The translations under genes were made by a program, and so were the position numbers. The notes under the pieces are model-generated. The model was given only the letters and a program-made list of their open reading frames with translations. It had not been told where the DNA came from and did no database searches. From positions 2,694-66,693 of the forward strand of contig DATKYN010000007.1 in assembly GCA_035528435.1 (NCBI GenBank): a stretch of DNA of 64,000 nt, given 5' to 3'. This document shows, piece by piece, positions 9,743 through 18,754 of this stretch. Each line of letters starts with the position of its first letter. The stretch's first letter is position 1. Origin of the DNA: Burkholderiales bacterium (GTDB lineage Bacteria > Pseudomonadota > Gammaproteobacteria > Burkholderiales > Eutrophovitaceae).

Positions 9743-10747
9743 ATGAACACTGTCGCGACGAAGCCGCACAATTCCGGGCAGGATGGCGCTGCAAAACACT
9801 GGACGATGAATGCCGTCATGGGTTTGTTTGAATTGCCGTTCGGTGACCTTCTATACAGAGCGCAGCAGACGCATCGGGCGAACTTCAAACCCAACACAGT
9901 CCAGCTCTCGACGCTGCTTTCGGTCAAGACCGGCGGGTGTCCGGAGGATTGCGGTTATTGCCCGCAGGCAGCCCGCTATCAAACAGGCGTTGAGAACGAA
10001 GCGCTGATGAGCGTCGATGAAGTGGTTGCAGTCGCCAGAGCAGCAAAGGAGACGGGTGCGACACGGTTTTGCATGGGTGCAGCCTGGCGTGGCCCCAAGC
10101 AGCGAGACCTGGACAAGGTCGCGGAAATGATTGTCGCGGTGAAATCGTTGGGCCTTGAAACCTGTGCCACGCTGGGTATGTTGAAAGAAGGGCAGGCGGA
10201 ACAGCTCAAGTCTGCCGGGCTTGACTATTACAACCACAATATCGATACCGGCTCGGAGCACTATGGCGAAATCATTTCCACCCGCAATCAGGAAGATCGC
10301 TTTGAAACCTTGACCCGCGTTCGCCAGGCCGGCGTCAACGTGTGCTGTGGCGGGATCGTCGGTATGGGTGAGTCGCGCGAATCACGGGCTGAACTGATTT
10401 CAATGCTGGCCAATATGGAACCCTATCCGGAGAGCGTACCGATCAACAATCTGGTTCAGGTCAAGGGCACACCGCTTCATGGCATTAGCGAGATTGATCC
10501 ATTCGAGTTCGTGCGCACGATCGCCTGCGCGCGCCTGACCATGCCACGGGCAATGGTGCGTTTGTCGGCCGGGCGCGAGCAGATGTCCGATGAACTTCAG
10601 GCACTGTGTTTTATGGCGGGTGCGAACTCCATCTTTTACGGAGACAAGCTGTTGACGACCGGCAATCCCCAGGCGGCCGCTGACCGCGGGTTGTTTGACA
10701 GACTCGGTATCGAACCATCCACCAGCGACGGATTGCACCTCGGCTAG
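9743..10747 (+). CDS. bioB: Biotin synthase
   Basis: Radical-SAM motif [10 protein letters not shown]. Alignable by eye to E. coli BioB from …[26 protein letters not shown]. Start set at ATG 9743; the track ORF start at 9596 would add an unsupported extension. Confidence 0.93.
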   Translation: MNTVATKPHNSGQDGAAKHWTMNAVMGLFELPFGDLLYRAQQTHRANFKPNTVQLSTLLSVKTGGCPEDCGYCPQAARYQTGVENEALMSVDEVVAVARAAKETGATRFCMGAAWRGPKQRDLDKVAEMIVAVKSLGLETCATLGMLKEGQAEQLKSAGLDYYNHNIDTGSEHYGEIISTRNQEDRFETLTRVRQAGVNVCCGGIVGMGESRESRAELISMLANMEPYPESVPINNLVQVKGTPLHGISEIDPFEFVRTIACARLTMPRAMVRLSAGREQMSDELQALCFMAGANSIFYGDKLLTTGNPQAAADRGLFDRLGIEPSTSDGLHLG

Positions 10748-10890
10748 ATGCCAATCTGATGGGAACAGAAGCGATCTGGCTCAATTCGGTCCCGCTTCTG
10801 CCAGCCGCGCCCGCGCGGCCGTATATTGGAAGACGCCCGATGTCCCTGCGATCGATGCCATATATGATCGCGGTGTCGGCGTAATAAGCC

Positions 10891-11748
10891 GTGCAAAAGA
10901 CAATACTGCGCCGGTCGTTTGACCGCGCCGCCGAAACCTATGATTCCGTGGCTGCGCTGCCGCGAGAAATTGCGCAGCGGATGACCGAAAGGCTGTTGCT
11001 GGTGCAATTGCCGGTGCGGCGGATTCTGGACGCGGGATGCGGTACCGGCAGCGCCGGGTTATTGCTGCAGCAAAGGTTTGACGGTGCTACGGTCATCGAC
11101 CTTGACGTTTCCGCGAAGATGTTGGCACAGCGAGTGGCGCGCCCGACGCGGCGTTGGTTGGGAATGGGCCGGCGGCCGACGCGACTCCCGGTGCGCGCGG
11201 ACTTTCAGAAGTTGCCCCTGGCATCCGCAAGCATTGACCTCGTCTGGTCGAATCTGGCTTTGCATTGGGCGCAGGATCTGCCGCTGGCTCTGGCCGAGGC
11301 AATCCGGGCGTTGCGTCCCGGTGGCTTACTCATGTTTTCCATCTTTGGTCCGGATACGCTGCAGGAACTCAGGATTGCATCATCTGGCGGTGAATTCCGT
11401 GTCAATCAACACGCCGACATGCACGATATCGGCGACATGCTGGTGCACTGTGGCTATGCCGATCCGGTCATGGACATGGAGAAGATTACCTTGACCTATG
11501 ACGCCCTTGGCGGATTGTTGCGCGATCTCAGATCACATGGCTCAGCCGCTGTGGCGGCTGCGGGCGAGCAGGGTTTGCGTCCCCGCTCGAGCTATCTTCG
11601 CGTCGTCTCGCGTTACGAACAGTTTCGAGGGGTGGACGCGCGATTGCCGGCCACGTTCGAGGTGATTTATGGCCACGCCTGGAAGCCGGAATCACGGTTG
11701 TCCCCGAAAGGCAAACCGGTGATAGACATCCACGCGGCACCGGGATAG
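10891..11748 (+). CDS. bioC: Malonyl-ACP O-methyltransferase BioC
   Basis: GTG start immediately after an in-frame TAA. N-terminus …RRSFDRAAETYDSVAALPREIAQRM… matches the BioC pattern, and SAM motif I is ILDAGCGTG. It lies downstream of bioB. Confidence 0.8.
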   Translation: MQKTILRRSFDRAAETYDSVAALPREIAQRMTERLLLVQLPVRRILDAGCGTGSAGLLLQQRFDGATVIDLDVSAKMLAQRVARPTRRWLGMGRRPTRLPVRADFQKLPLASASIDLVWSNLALHWAQDLPLALAEAIRALRPGGLLMFSIFGPDTLQELRIASSGGEFRVNQHADMHDIGDMLVHCGYADPVMDMEKITLTYDALGGLLRDLRSHGSAAVAAAGEQGLRPRSSYLRVVSRYEQFRGVDARLPATFEVIYGHAWKPESRLSPKGKPVIDIHAAPG

Positions 11749-11953
11749 CCAAGGGTGTCAGTAGCATTCGCGAACGAATTTTGCCCCACGCGTACATACG
11801 ACCCAACCGAATCTGCAGCCAGTCTTGTATTGCATCCATGCACTGCCCGGCAAGTCATGCTCTTCCTGCTGATTTTGCTGCTGTTTCCTTGCTTCGCGTC
11901 AGTTCGCTATGTTACATTTCCTCGCCGTCGAACCAATCGTGGACAGCTTTAAT

Positions 11954-12427
11954 ATGTCGTCACTTGAGTTGGGAGAAAACGTTCAGTTCGGAATTATTTC
12001 CCGACGAAATAACTCAAGTTCACGACAGGTCCGGCAGCTTGTTTTCGGATCACTCGGTGTATTTACGCTGGCGGTCGCCACTGCTTTTGCACTGGTAGGC
12101 GCATGGCCGATTGCACCATTCGCAGGGGCTGAATGTCTGGCGCTGTTTTTCGCTTATTGCTGGTTGCAGCGTCATGACGAGGATTACGAGCTGATTACGA
12201 TTGAGGGCGACAACGTCGTTGTGGAAACCCGGGACGGCGGCAAGCGGGAACAACGCCGGATGAGCCGGTTCTGGGCGCATGTGGTGATTGAAGAAGTCTC
12301 GAGCCGTAAGCAGAGGGTATTTCTGCGGGCTCATGGGCGAGAAATCGAATTTGGTAGACTGCTTTCCGACGAGGCCAAACTGTCCGTAGCCAAACAGCTG
12401 CGCTCGAAATTATCCGCGTTGGTTTGA
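11954..12427 (+). CDS. DUF2244-type integral membrane protein (cytochrome oxidase-associated)
   Basis: Two TM helices followed by a soluble tail (…ELITIEGDNVVVETRDGGKREQRRMSRFWAHVVIEE…). Its position directly upstream of coxB is conserved in my recollection of this family. ATG 11954 chosen. Confidence 0.6.
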   Translation: MSSLELGENVQFGIISRRNNSSSRQVRQLVFGSLGVFTLAVATAFALVGAWPIAPFAGAECLALFFAYCWLQRHDEDYELITIEGDNVVVETRDGGKREQRRMSRFWAHVVIEEVSSRKQRVFLRAHGREIEFGRLLSDEAKLSVAKQLRSKLSALV

Positions 12428-12462
12428 TTAATAACGATATTAAAAGCACGTTCGGGGGAAGT

Positions 12463-13587
12463 ATGGGGTTGAAAGCCTTTTCGCGTCTGTTTTGTCTGGC
12501 GGCAGCCATGCTCGTGTCTGGTGTGGCATTGGCCGAGTATCGACTGAATCTCAAGCCGGCCAACACCGCGCTCGGCGAGGCGGTCTACGATCTGCACACG
12601 CTGGTAATGATCATCATTACCGTTATCTTTGTCGGCGTGTTCGGTTTCATGTTCTATTCCATTTTCAAGCACCGCAAGTCAGCCGGACACGAGGCCGCAC
12701 ATTTTCACGAGAACACCACGGTCGAGATTGTCTGGACGGTGGTGCCCGTGTTTATCCTGATCGGTCTTGCCTGGCCGGCCACCAAGACGCTCCTTGAAAT
12801 GCGGGATACCTCGGCACCGGACATGACGATCAAGGTGACCGGCTATCAGTGGAAGTGGGGTTACGAATATCTGGACGACGACGTCAAGTTCTACAGTGCC
12901 CTGGCGACGCCGCGGGACCAGATCGAGGGCAATGCCGAGAAAGGCGAAAACTATCTGCTTGAGGTCGACAAGCCCCTGGTCGTGCCCGTTGGCAAGAAAG
13001 TACGAATCCTGACGACGGCGAACGATGTCCTGCACGCCTGGTACGTTCCGGAGCTTGCAGTCAAACAGGATGCCATCCCCGGATTCATTCGCGACACCTG
13101 GTTCCGGGCCGAAGAAACCGGCACCTTCCGCGGACAGTGCGCGGAGTTGTGTGGCAAGGAACACGGCTTCATGCCGATCGTTGTCAATGTGGTCAGTGAA
13201 AACGACTACAAGATCTGGGTTGCCGAGCAAAAGTCCGGTACTGGCGCGGCAGCTTACGATCCCGCCAAAACCTATACGGTCGCGGAGCTGAGTTCTGCCG
13301 GCGAATCCGTATACGGCACCCATTGCGTGGCTTGCCATCAGCCTGGCGGCAACGGTATGCCGCCGACGTTTCCAGCGCTGACTGGAGGGAAGATTACAAC
13401 GGGACCAATCGCCAACCATCTGGATATCGTTCTGAATGGCAGCAAGAAGAACCCGATGATGGCGGCGTTCGGGTCTCAGCTCAGCGATATGGAAATAGCC
13501 GCGGTTATTACCTACGAGCGAAATGCGCTGGGAAATTCTGTGGGCGATTCGTTGCAGCCCGGTGAAGTGGCTGCGGCACGCAATTAA
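12463..13587 (+). CDS. coxB: Cytochrome c oxidase subunit II with C-terminal cytochrome c domain
   Basis: Signal/TM N-terminus, CuA site CAELCGKEHGFM and a C-terminal heme-c motif CVACHQ. ATG 12463 is preceded by GGGGGAAG. The track start at TTG 12424 is less likely. Confidence 0.95.
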   Translation: MGLKAFSRLFCLAAAMLVSGVALAEYRLNLKPANTALGEAVYDLHTLVMIIITVIFVGVFGFMFYSIFKHRKSAGHEAAHFHENTTVEIVWTVVPVFILIGLAWPATKTLLEMRDTSAPDMTIKVTGYQWKWGYEYLDDDVKFYSALATPRDQIEGNAEKGENYLLEVDKPLVVPVGKKVRILTTANDVLHAWYVPELAVKQDAIPGFIRDTWFRAEETGTFRGQCAELCGKEHGFMPIVVNVVSENDYKIWVAEQKSGTGAAAYDPAKTYTVAELSSAGESVYGTHCVACHQPGGNGMPPTFPALTGGKITTGPIANHLDIVLNGSKKNPMMAAFGSQLSDMEIAAVITYERNALGNSVGDSLQPGEVAAARN

Positions 13588-13633
13588 CAGTTCTCGGACA
13601 TAGAAGACATTAAAGGTTCGGAAGGAGAATCAA

Positions 13634-15208
13634 ATGGAAGCGGTACACGAACACGATCATAGTCATGATCGCCCGTCAGGGATTATGCGCTGGGTGACGA
13701 CGACCAACCACAAGGACATCGGCACGATGTACCTCTGGTTCAGCTTCACGATGTTTATGGTTGGCGGCGTAATGGCCTTGATTATCCGCTCCGAGCTTTT
13801 TCAGCCCGGTTTGCAGATCGTTCAGCCCGAGTTCTTCAACCAGATGACGACCCTTCACGGGCTCATTATGGTGTTCGGCGCGATCATGCCGGCGTTCGTC
13901 GGGTTTGCGAACTGGCAGATCCCGATGATGATCGGTGCGCCCGACATGGCGTTCCCGCGCATGAACAACTGGAGCTTCTGGCTGCTTCCGCCCGCCGGTT
14001 CGCTGCTGATCCTTTCCATGTTCGTTCCGGGCGGCAGTGCCGGTGTCGGCTGGACGATGTATGCGCCGCTCACGATACAGCAGGGCATGGGGATGGACCT
14101 GGTGATTTTCGCCGTCCACATTCTTGGTATGTCTTCCATCATGGGGTCGATTAACATTGTTACGACCATCCTGAACATGCGGGCACCGGGCATGACGATG
14201 ATGAAAATGCCGCTGTTTGTCTGGACCTGGTTGATTACCGCGTATTTGCTGATCGCCGCCATGCCAGTGTTGGCCGGCGCGGTAACCATGACACTTACCG
14301 ACCGCCATTTCGGGACACATTTTTTCAACGCTGCGGGCGGCGGTGATCCGGTTCTGTTCCAGCACATCTTCTGGTTCTTCGGTCACCCGGAGGTTTACAT
14401 TATTGCGATTCCGGCATTTGGTGTTGTTTCCCAGGTGATTCCGGCTTTCGCGCGAAAGCCGTTGTTCGGTTATGCGTCAATGGTCTACGCGACGGCTTCC
14501 ATCGCAATTCTTTCTTTCCTGGTCTGGGCGCACCACATGTACACCGTAGGCATGCCGGTGGAGGCGCAGCTTTACTACATGTTTGCCACCATGCTGATAG
14601 CGGTGCCGACCGGGGTGAAGGTGTTCAACTGGGTTGCCACAATGTGGAAAGGCTCGATGACATTCGAAACGCCGATGTTGTTCGCCATCGGTTTCCTGTT
14701 CCTGTTTACGCTTGGCGGATTTACCGGACTGGTGCTGGCGTTGACACCGGTTGACGTGCAGCTTCACGATACCTATTACGTGGTCGCACACTTCCATTAC
14801 GTGATGGTGGCTGGCGCATTGTTCTCTGCCTTTGCCGGTGTTTACTACTGGCTGCCGAAGTGGATCGGCAAGATGTACGACGAAACACTCGGCAAGTGGC
14901 ATTTCTGGTTGTCGATCATCTTCTTTAATGTCACGTTCTTCGTTCAGCACTTCCTCGGTCTTGCGGGCATGCCGCGCCGTATCCCCGACTACTCATTGCA
15001 GTTCGCTGACTTCAATATGATTTCGTCGATCGGTGCGTTCGGTTTCGGATTGTCCCAGTTGCTGTTCCTTTACATCCTGATAAAGGCAATCCGTAGCGGT
15101 GAGAAAGCACCGGAAAAGCCGTGGGATGGCGCTGATACGCTGGAGTGGACGCATCTGCCTACACCGGCCCCGTATCACAGTTTCGAGACACCACCGACGG
15201 TTAAGTAA
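13634..15208 (+). CDS. ctaD: Cytochrome c oxidase subunit I
   Basis: 524-aa polytopic protein with canonical heme-copper oxidase motifs (WFFGHPEVYI, HHMYTVG, VAHFHYV). RBS GGAAGGAG lies upstream. Confidence 0.97.
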   Translation: MEAVHEHDHSHDRPSGIMRWVTTTNHKDIGTMYLWFSFTMFMVGGVMALIIRSELFQPGLQIVQPEFFNQMTTLHGLIMVFGAIMPAFVGFANWQIPMMIGAPDMAFPRMNNWSFWLLPPAGSLLILSMFVPGGSAGVGWTMYAPLTIQQGMGMDLVIFAVHILGMSSIMGSINIVTTILNMRAPGMTMMKMPLFVWTWLITAYLLIAAMPVLAGAVTMTLTDRHFGTHFFNAAGGGDPVLFQHIFWFFGHPEVYIIAIPAFGVVSQVIPAFARKPLFGYASMVYATASIAILSFLVWAHHMYTVGMPVEAQLYYMFATMLIAVPTGVKVFNWVATMWKGSMTFETPMLFAIGFLFLFTLGGFTGLVLALTPVDVQLHDTYYVVAHFHYVMVAGALFSAFAGVYYWLPKWIGKMYDETLGKWHFWLSIIFFNVTFFVQHFLGLAGMPRRIPDYSLQFADFNMISSIGAFGFGLSQLLFLYILIKAIRSGEKAPEKPWDGADTLEWTHLPTPAPYHSFETPPTVK

Positions 15209-15282
15209 CCTGGCGGAACGTGCCGGGAGCAGTGGCGGGCACTTGATGATACGTCCGCCACCCAGTCTCTCGTGGATACCCG

Positions 15283-15399
15283 ATGACCTATTCGCAAACT
15301 GATCAGAGAGAGAAGCGGAACATGAAGACCGGGATCGTACTTGCGACGATCGCGGCCATTTTCTTTATCGGGTTTTTTCTCCGGCGCTTGTTGTTCTAA
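15283..15399 (+). CDS. Small single-TM protein between ctaD and ctaG (cytochrome oxidase small assembly protein-like)
   Basis: Below the ORF-track size cut-off and found by reading the sequence. It encodes MTYSQTDQREKRNMKTGIVLATIAAIFFIGFFLRRLLF (38 aa; the alternative ATG 15322 gives 25 aa). Its TAA overlaps the ctaG ATG (TAATG at 15397-15401). Confidence 0.5.
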   Translation: MTYSQTDQREKRNMKTGIVLATIAAIFFIGFFLRRLLF

Positions 15400-15968
15400 T
15401 GAGTCACTCAATACTAAAACGTAACCGCGATACGCTTCGCAAACTCACCGTTGTCGCATTAGTGATGTTCGGCTTTGGTTACGCGCTGGTCCCACTTTAC
15501 GAAAAGATCTGTGAAGTCACCGGCATCAACCAGGTGGTGAAGCCGGATACGGTCGTAAACACGCAAGTCGACAAGTCGCGAACGATCGTGATGGAGTTCG
15601 ACGCAAATTCGCGCGGCGATATTGCGTGGGAGCTTATTCCCAGGGAGCGCAAGCGCACGGTACATCCCGGTGAGCTGGTGCACGTGGTGTTTGATCTCAA
15701 GAATACGACCGACGTTTCTGTCCAGGCTCAGGCAATTCCGAGTTTTGGTCCGCAACGTGCAGGTCTTCATGTGAAGAAGCTGGAGTGTTTTTGTTTTACC
15801 CAGCAGGAGATTCGGGCAGGCGAGAGCCGGGAGTTGCCGGTTGTTCTGGTCGTTGAGCCTTCCATCCCGCAAGACGTGCACACGGTGACGCTTTCCTACA
15901 CGATGTTCGAAGTTGGCGGCACCCAGGAACCCAAGACCGCGATGCGTCCAGTGGGTGATAAGGGGTGA
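15399..15968 (+). CDS. ctaG: Cytochrome c oxidase assembly protein CtaG/Cox11
   Basis: N-terminal TM plus the Cox11 copper motif region (…KKLECFCFTQQ…). Confidence 0.92.
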   Translation: MSHSILKRNRDTLRKLTVVALVMFGFGYALVPLYEKICEVTGINQVVKPDTVVNTQVDKSRTIVMEFDANSRGDIAWELIPRERKRTVHPGELVHVVFDLKNTTDVSVQAQAIPSFGPQRAGLHVKKLECFCFTQQEIRAGESRELPVVLVVEPSIPQDVHTVTLSYTMFEVGGTQEPKTAMRPVGDKG

Positions 15969-16180
15969 TGGCCGCTGTTGGTAGGAAAGACCGGGAGACT
16001 GGCGGGGCGCTGCGCGCGTTTCGTGCGGTATTTTCGGCGTTTACGGGAATTGGCAGGGGCAATGCGCTGCGCGATGATCTTGCGATGCTTCGACCCTGGC
16101 AAGTTATTGCCGCCGGATTGATTTGCGCGGCTGTTTTTGTGACAGTGATCGTCACGCTGGTGCGCAACATCGCTACGTGA
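15965..16180 (+). CDS. DUF2970-type small membrane protein
   Basis: 71 aa. It shows …LRAFRAVFSAFTGIGRG… followed by one TM (VIAAGLICAAVFVTVIVTLV). There is a 4-nt overlap with ctaG, and the slot between ctaG and coxC is conserved. Confidence 0.55.
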   Translation: MMAAVGRKDRETGGALRAFRAVFSAFTGIGRGNALRDDLAMLRPWQVIAAGLICAAVFVTVIVTLVRNIAT

Positions 16181-16225
16181 ATAACATCAAAATAAATAAA
16201 TCAGACTTTACAGAGGAGTAAGGCT

Positions 16226-17077
16226 ATGACCTCGCAACCGGGCGGTTATTATCTGCCATCCCCATCGCACTGGCCCATTGTTGGTTCGGTCGCGCTGTTT
16301 CTGATGGCGTTAGGCGGTGTGCTCATGATGAATGGCGCCGGTGGAGGCGGCATGGTCTTGCTCGCCGGAAGTGCCATCATGATTTACATGCTGTTCGGCT
16401 GGTTCGGTACCGTCATTGGCGAGAGCGAGAGCGGCAAATACAACAAGCAGGTAGACGTGTCGTACCGCTGGGCGATGAGCTGGTTCATCTTCTCGGAGGT
16501 GATGTTCTTCGCGGCGTTCTTTGGCGCCCTTTTCTACATGCGTGTGCTGTCGGTGCCATGGCTTGCCGATCCCGATACTGAGCGTCTTTTGTGGCCTGGT
16601 TTTGCCGCCACATGGCCGGTTTCCGGCCCGGGTATTGCCGAGCAGTTCACGCCGATGGGTGCGTGGGGGCTGCCGGCAATCAACACCGCGATCCTGCTAA
16701 CGTCCGGTGTAACCATTACGGTTGCCCACTGGGCCTTGAAAGAGAACAAGCGCTCCATGCTTAACTTGTTCATGTTTCTGACGATTGCGCTCGGTCTGAC
16801 CTTTATTTGCGTCCAGGCGTACGAATACGGGCATGCTTATAAGGACTTGAATCTGACGCTGGAAAGCGGTGCCTACGGTGCCACGTTTTACATGCTGACC
16901 GGTTTTCATGGATTTCATGTCACGGTCGGAACGATCATGTTGATCGTTATCTGGTTACGCTGCCTGAAAGGGCATTTCACGCCAGAACAGCATTTCGGTT
17001 TTGAAGGCGTAGCCTGGTACTGGCACTTCGTTGACGTGGTATGGCTTGGACTGTTTGTCTTCGTCTACTGGCTCTAG
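16226..17077 (+). CDS. coxC: Cytochrome c oxidase subunit III
   Basis: 283-aa 7-TM protein with typical subunit III motifs (…FYMLTGFHGFHVTVG…, VAWYWHFVDVVWL). Confidence 0.95.
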   Translation: MTSQPGGYYLPSPSHWPIVGSVALFLMALGGVLMMNGAGGGGMVLLAGSAIMIYMLFGWFGTVIGESESGKYNKQVDVSYRWAMSWFIFSEVMFFAAFFGALFYMRVLSVPWLADPDTERLLWPGFAATWPVSGPGIAEQFTPMGAWGLPAINTAILLTSGVTITVAHWALKENKRSMLNLFMFLTIALGLTFICVQAYEYGHAYKDLNLTLESGAYGATFYMLTGFHGFHVTVGTIMLIVIWLRCLKGHFTPEQHFGFEGVAWYWHFVDVVWLGLFVFVYWL

Positions 17078-17120
17078 GTTAGGATCGCATCGACGGGCTC
17101 TAACCTTTAAAGCACGAAAA

Positions 17121-17138
17121 GCCCCGCTTGCGCGGGGC
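17121..17138 (-). terminator. Rho-independent terminator candidate (for the minus-strand DUF2909 gene)
   Basis: GCCCCGC-TTGC-GCGGGGC hairpin. On the minus strand it is followed by TTTTCGTGCTTT. Confidence 0.45.
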
Positions 17139-17145
17139 AAATGGC

Positions 17146-17182
17146 CGCCGCCGGCTGGTAAGCCGCGCGGCGACATTTTTTT
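17146..17182 (+). terminator. Rho-independent terminator candidate for the coxC operon
   Basis: CGCCGCCGGC / GCCGCGCGGCG stem (10 bp, one bulge) with a 6-nt loop, then ACA and a run of 7 T (17176-17182). Confidence 0.55.
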
Positions 17183-17378
17183 ATAGGTTTCGTTGCGGGA
17201 TCAGACCGAAGTAATAGCCGAGCATAAGCAGAATGAACAGAGTCACGGAAAACCCGATACGGATCGTCAGTGATTTCAAGGTGCGGTCAGAGCCTCCCTT
17301 GTCACGCACAAGGTAGAACAGGGCAGATGCGAGGCTGCCGACGATGACCAGCAAGAAAAGGACGATGATTATTTTCAT
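17181..17378 (-). CDS. Twin-transmembrane-helix small protein (DUF2909)
   Basis: 65 aa, MKIIIVLFLLVIVGSLASALFYLV…TIRIGFSVTLFILLMLGYYFGL, i.e. two TM helices. Its position between coxC and SURF1 is conserved. ATG 17378 chosen over the 98-aa track ORF. Confidence 0.6.
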   Translation of the reverse strand: MKIIIVLFLLVIVGSLASALFYLVRDKGGSDRTLKSLTIRIGFSVTLFILLMLGYYFGLIPQRNL

Positions 17379-17459
17379 GGATGCGTTCCTGTTGCGGAGT
17401 TTAGAGGATAGCCGCTTGGTCCACCAGTATGGGAGCCAAACGGTAGGTCTCGAGATGAG

Positions 17460-18179
17460 GTGAATTTCATCGTGCAACGCCCGGAGTGGAGGACAACGAT
17501 CGTTGCGTTGCTGGGTTTGGCGCTGACGCTATCGGCGTCGTACTGGCAATTCGGCCGGGCCAGCGACAAAGCGGCGTTACGTCAGCAGTATTCGGCACGC
17601 CAGGCGATGCTTCCGCATGATCTGGGCAATGGCGTACCATCGCTCGAGGACGCTGCATTTCGGAAAATGCGTGCAACCGGGATGTTTGTCCCGGAAAAAG
17701 CAATCCTGCTCGACAATAAGCTGCGCGCCGGCGCTGCAGGTTACGAGATCGTTGTTCCACTGCAGTTGTCCGGTAGTGATCGGCACGTCTTGATCAACCG
17801 CGGATGGGTGCAGCGCGGGCGTGACCGGTCTGATTTGCCTGTTATCGATGTGCCCGAAAACGCGGTGACGATCGTCGGTACGGCAATCGTTCCGGGCCGG
17901 GGGGCGCTGGAGTTGTCCGATGAAATCATCGAAGGCCGTGTCTGGCAGAATCTGAACCTGTCGCGCTACCGGGAGCGGCAACAGCTGAACATACTGGATT
18001 TCGTTATTCAGGAGGAGTCGGATCACGAGGATGGTATTAACCGGAATTGGCCTGCTCCCGGTTTCGGAATCCGCACGCACCAGTCTTACGCCGTCCAATG
18101 GTTGTTGTTCGCCACGTTGATTATTTTCTTCTATTGCTACTATGGACTCTTCAGAAAAAAAACCAGCAGTACAGAGTAA
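17460..18179 (+). CDS. SURF1 family cytochrome oxidase biogenesis protein
   Basis: N-terminal TM plus the …SYWQFGRASDKAA… (W-Q-x-x-R) signature and a C-terminal TM (YAVQWLLFATLIIFFYCYY). Confidence 0.88.
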   Translation: MNFIVQRPEWRTTIVALLGLALTLSASYWQFGRASDKAALRQQYSARQAMLPHDLGNGVPSLEDAAFRKMRATGMFVPEKAILLDNKLRAGAAGYEIVVPLQLSGSDRHVLINRGWVQRGRDRSDLPVIDVPENAVTIVGTAIVPGRGALELSDEIIEGRVWQNLNLSRYRERQQLNILDFVIQEESDHEDGINRNWPAPGFGIRTHQSYAVQWLLFATLIIFFYCYYGLFRKKTSSTE

Positions 18180-18741
18180 CCTGACCTTATGGTTGATACT
18201 CTTCGTATGCGTGCTGCCGATTGTTGCGTCATCGGTTCTGTATTTCATGTGGAAACCGACACGCTTTGTGAATCATGGCGAGTTGCTTGATCCGGTGCCA
18301 CTTGCCGATGTGGTGTTTTTGCAGAAACAAGGTGGTCAGTTCAGTTTCAGCGAGCTGAGCGGCCGCTGGAGTTTCGTGTCGATCGATGATGGTGTTTGCG
18401 ACGACTATTGCGCGAAAAAACTTTACCTGATGCGGCAACTCCGGTTGACCCAAGGTAAGTACTCTGACCGTGTTGAACGCGTGTGGTTGATCCCTGATGG
18501 CCAGCAGCCGGCTCCGCAAACGCTGGCCGAGTACCAGGGCACGCGCGCTATTGGGCTGTCAAGCGGCAGCGGGCTGGAACTGTTTCCAGCCGACGGTCAG
18601 CGTACGGAGTACATATATCTGATCGATCCGGTCGGTAACCTGATGATGCGCTTCCCTCCCGATGCTGATCCGAGCCGGATAAAGAAGGACATCGCCAAGC
18701 TGTTGCGCGTGTCCAGCGGCTGGCGCCAGATCGAACGCTGA
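18142..18741 (+). CDS. Membrane-anchored SCO/thioredoxin-fold-like protein with CxxxC motif
   Basis: N-terminal TM (LTLWLILFVCVLPIVASSVLYF), a CDDYC (CxxxC) motif and an SCO-like …EYIYLIDPVGNLMMRF segment. It sits between SURF1 and ctaA. The start is uncertain (38-nt overlap with SURF1 if 18142). Confidence 0.5.
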   Translation: MDSSEKKPAVQSNLTLWLILFVCVLPIVASSVLYFMWKPTRFVNHGELLDPVPLADVVFLQKQGGQFSFSELSGRWSFVSIDDGVCDDYCAKKLYLMRQLRLTQGKYSDRVERVWLIPDGQQPAPQTLAEYQGTRAIGLSSGSGLELFPADGQRTEYIYLIDPVGNLMMRFPPDADPSRIKKDIAKLLRVSSGWRQIER

Positions 18742-18754
18742 AAGAGCACGCCTG

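Noticed and set aside
11755-11952. 65-aa plus-strand ORF upstream of the cox cluster
   Set aside because: It has no RBS, an odd composition and no conservation signal that I can judge. This is more likely promoter or leader DNA for the cox operon.
13676-14386. 236-aa minus-strand ORF inside ctaD
   Set aside because: It is antisense to cytochrome oxidase subunit I, and its His/Arg-rich composition is an artefact of the opposite strand.
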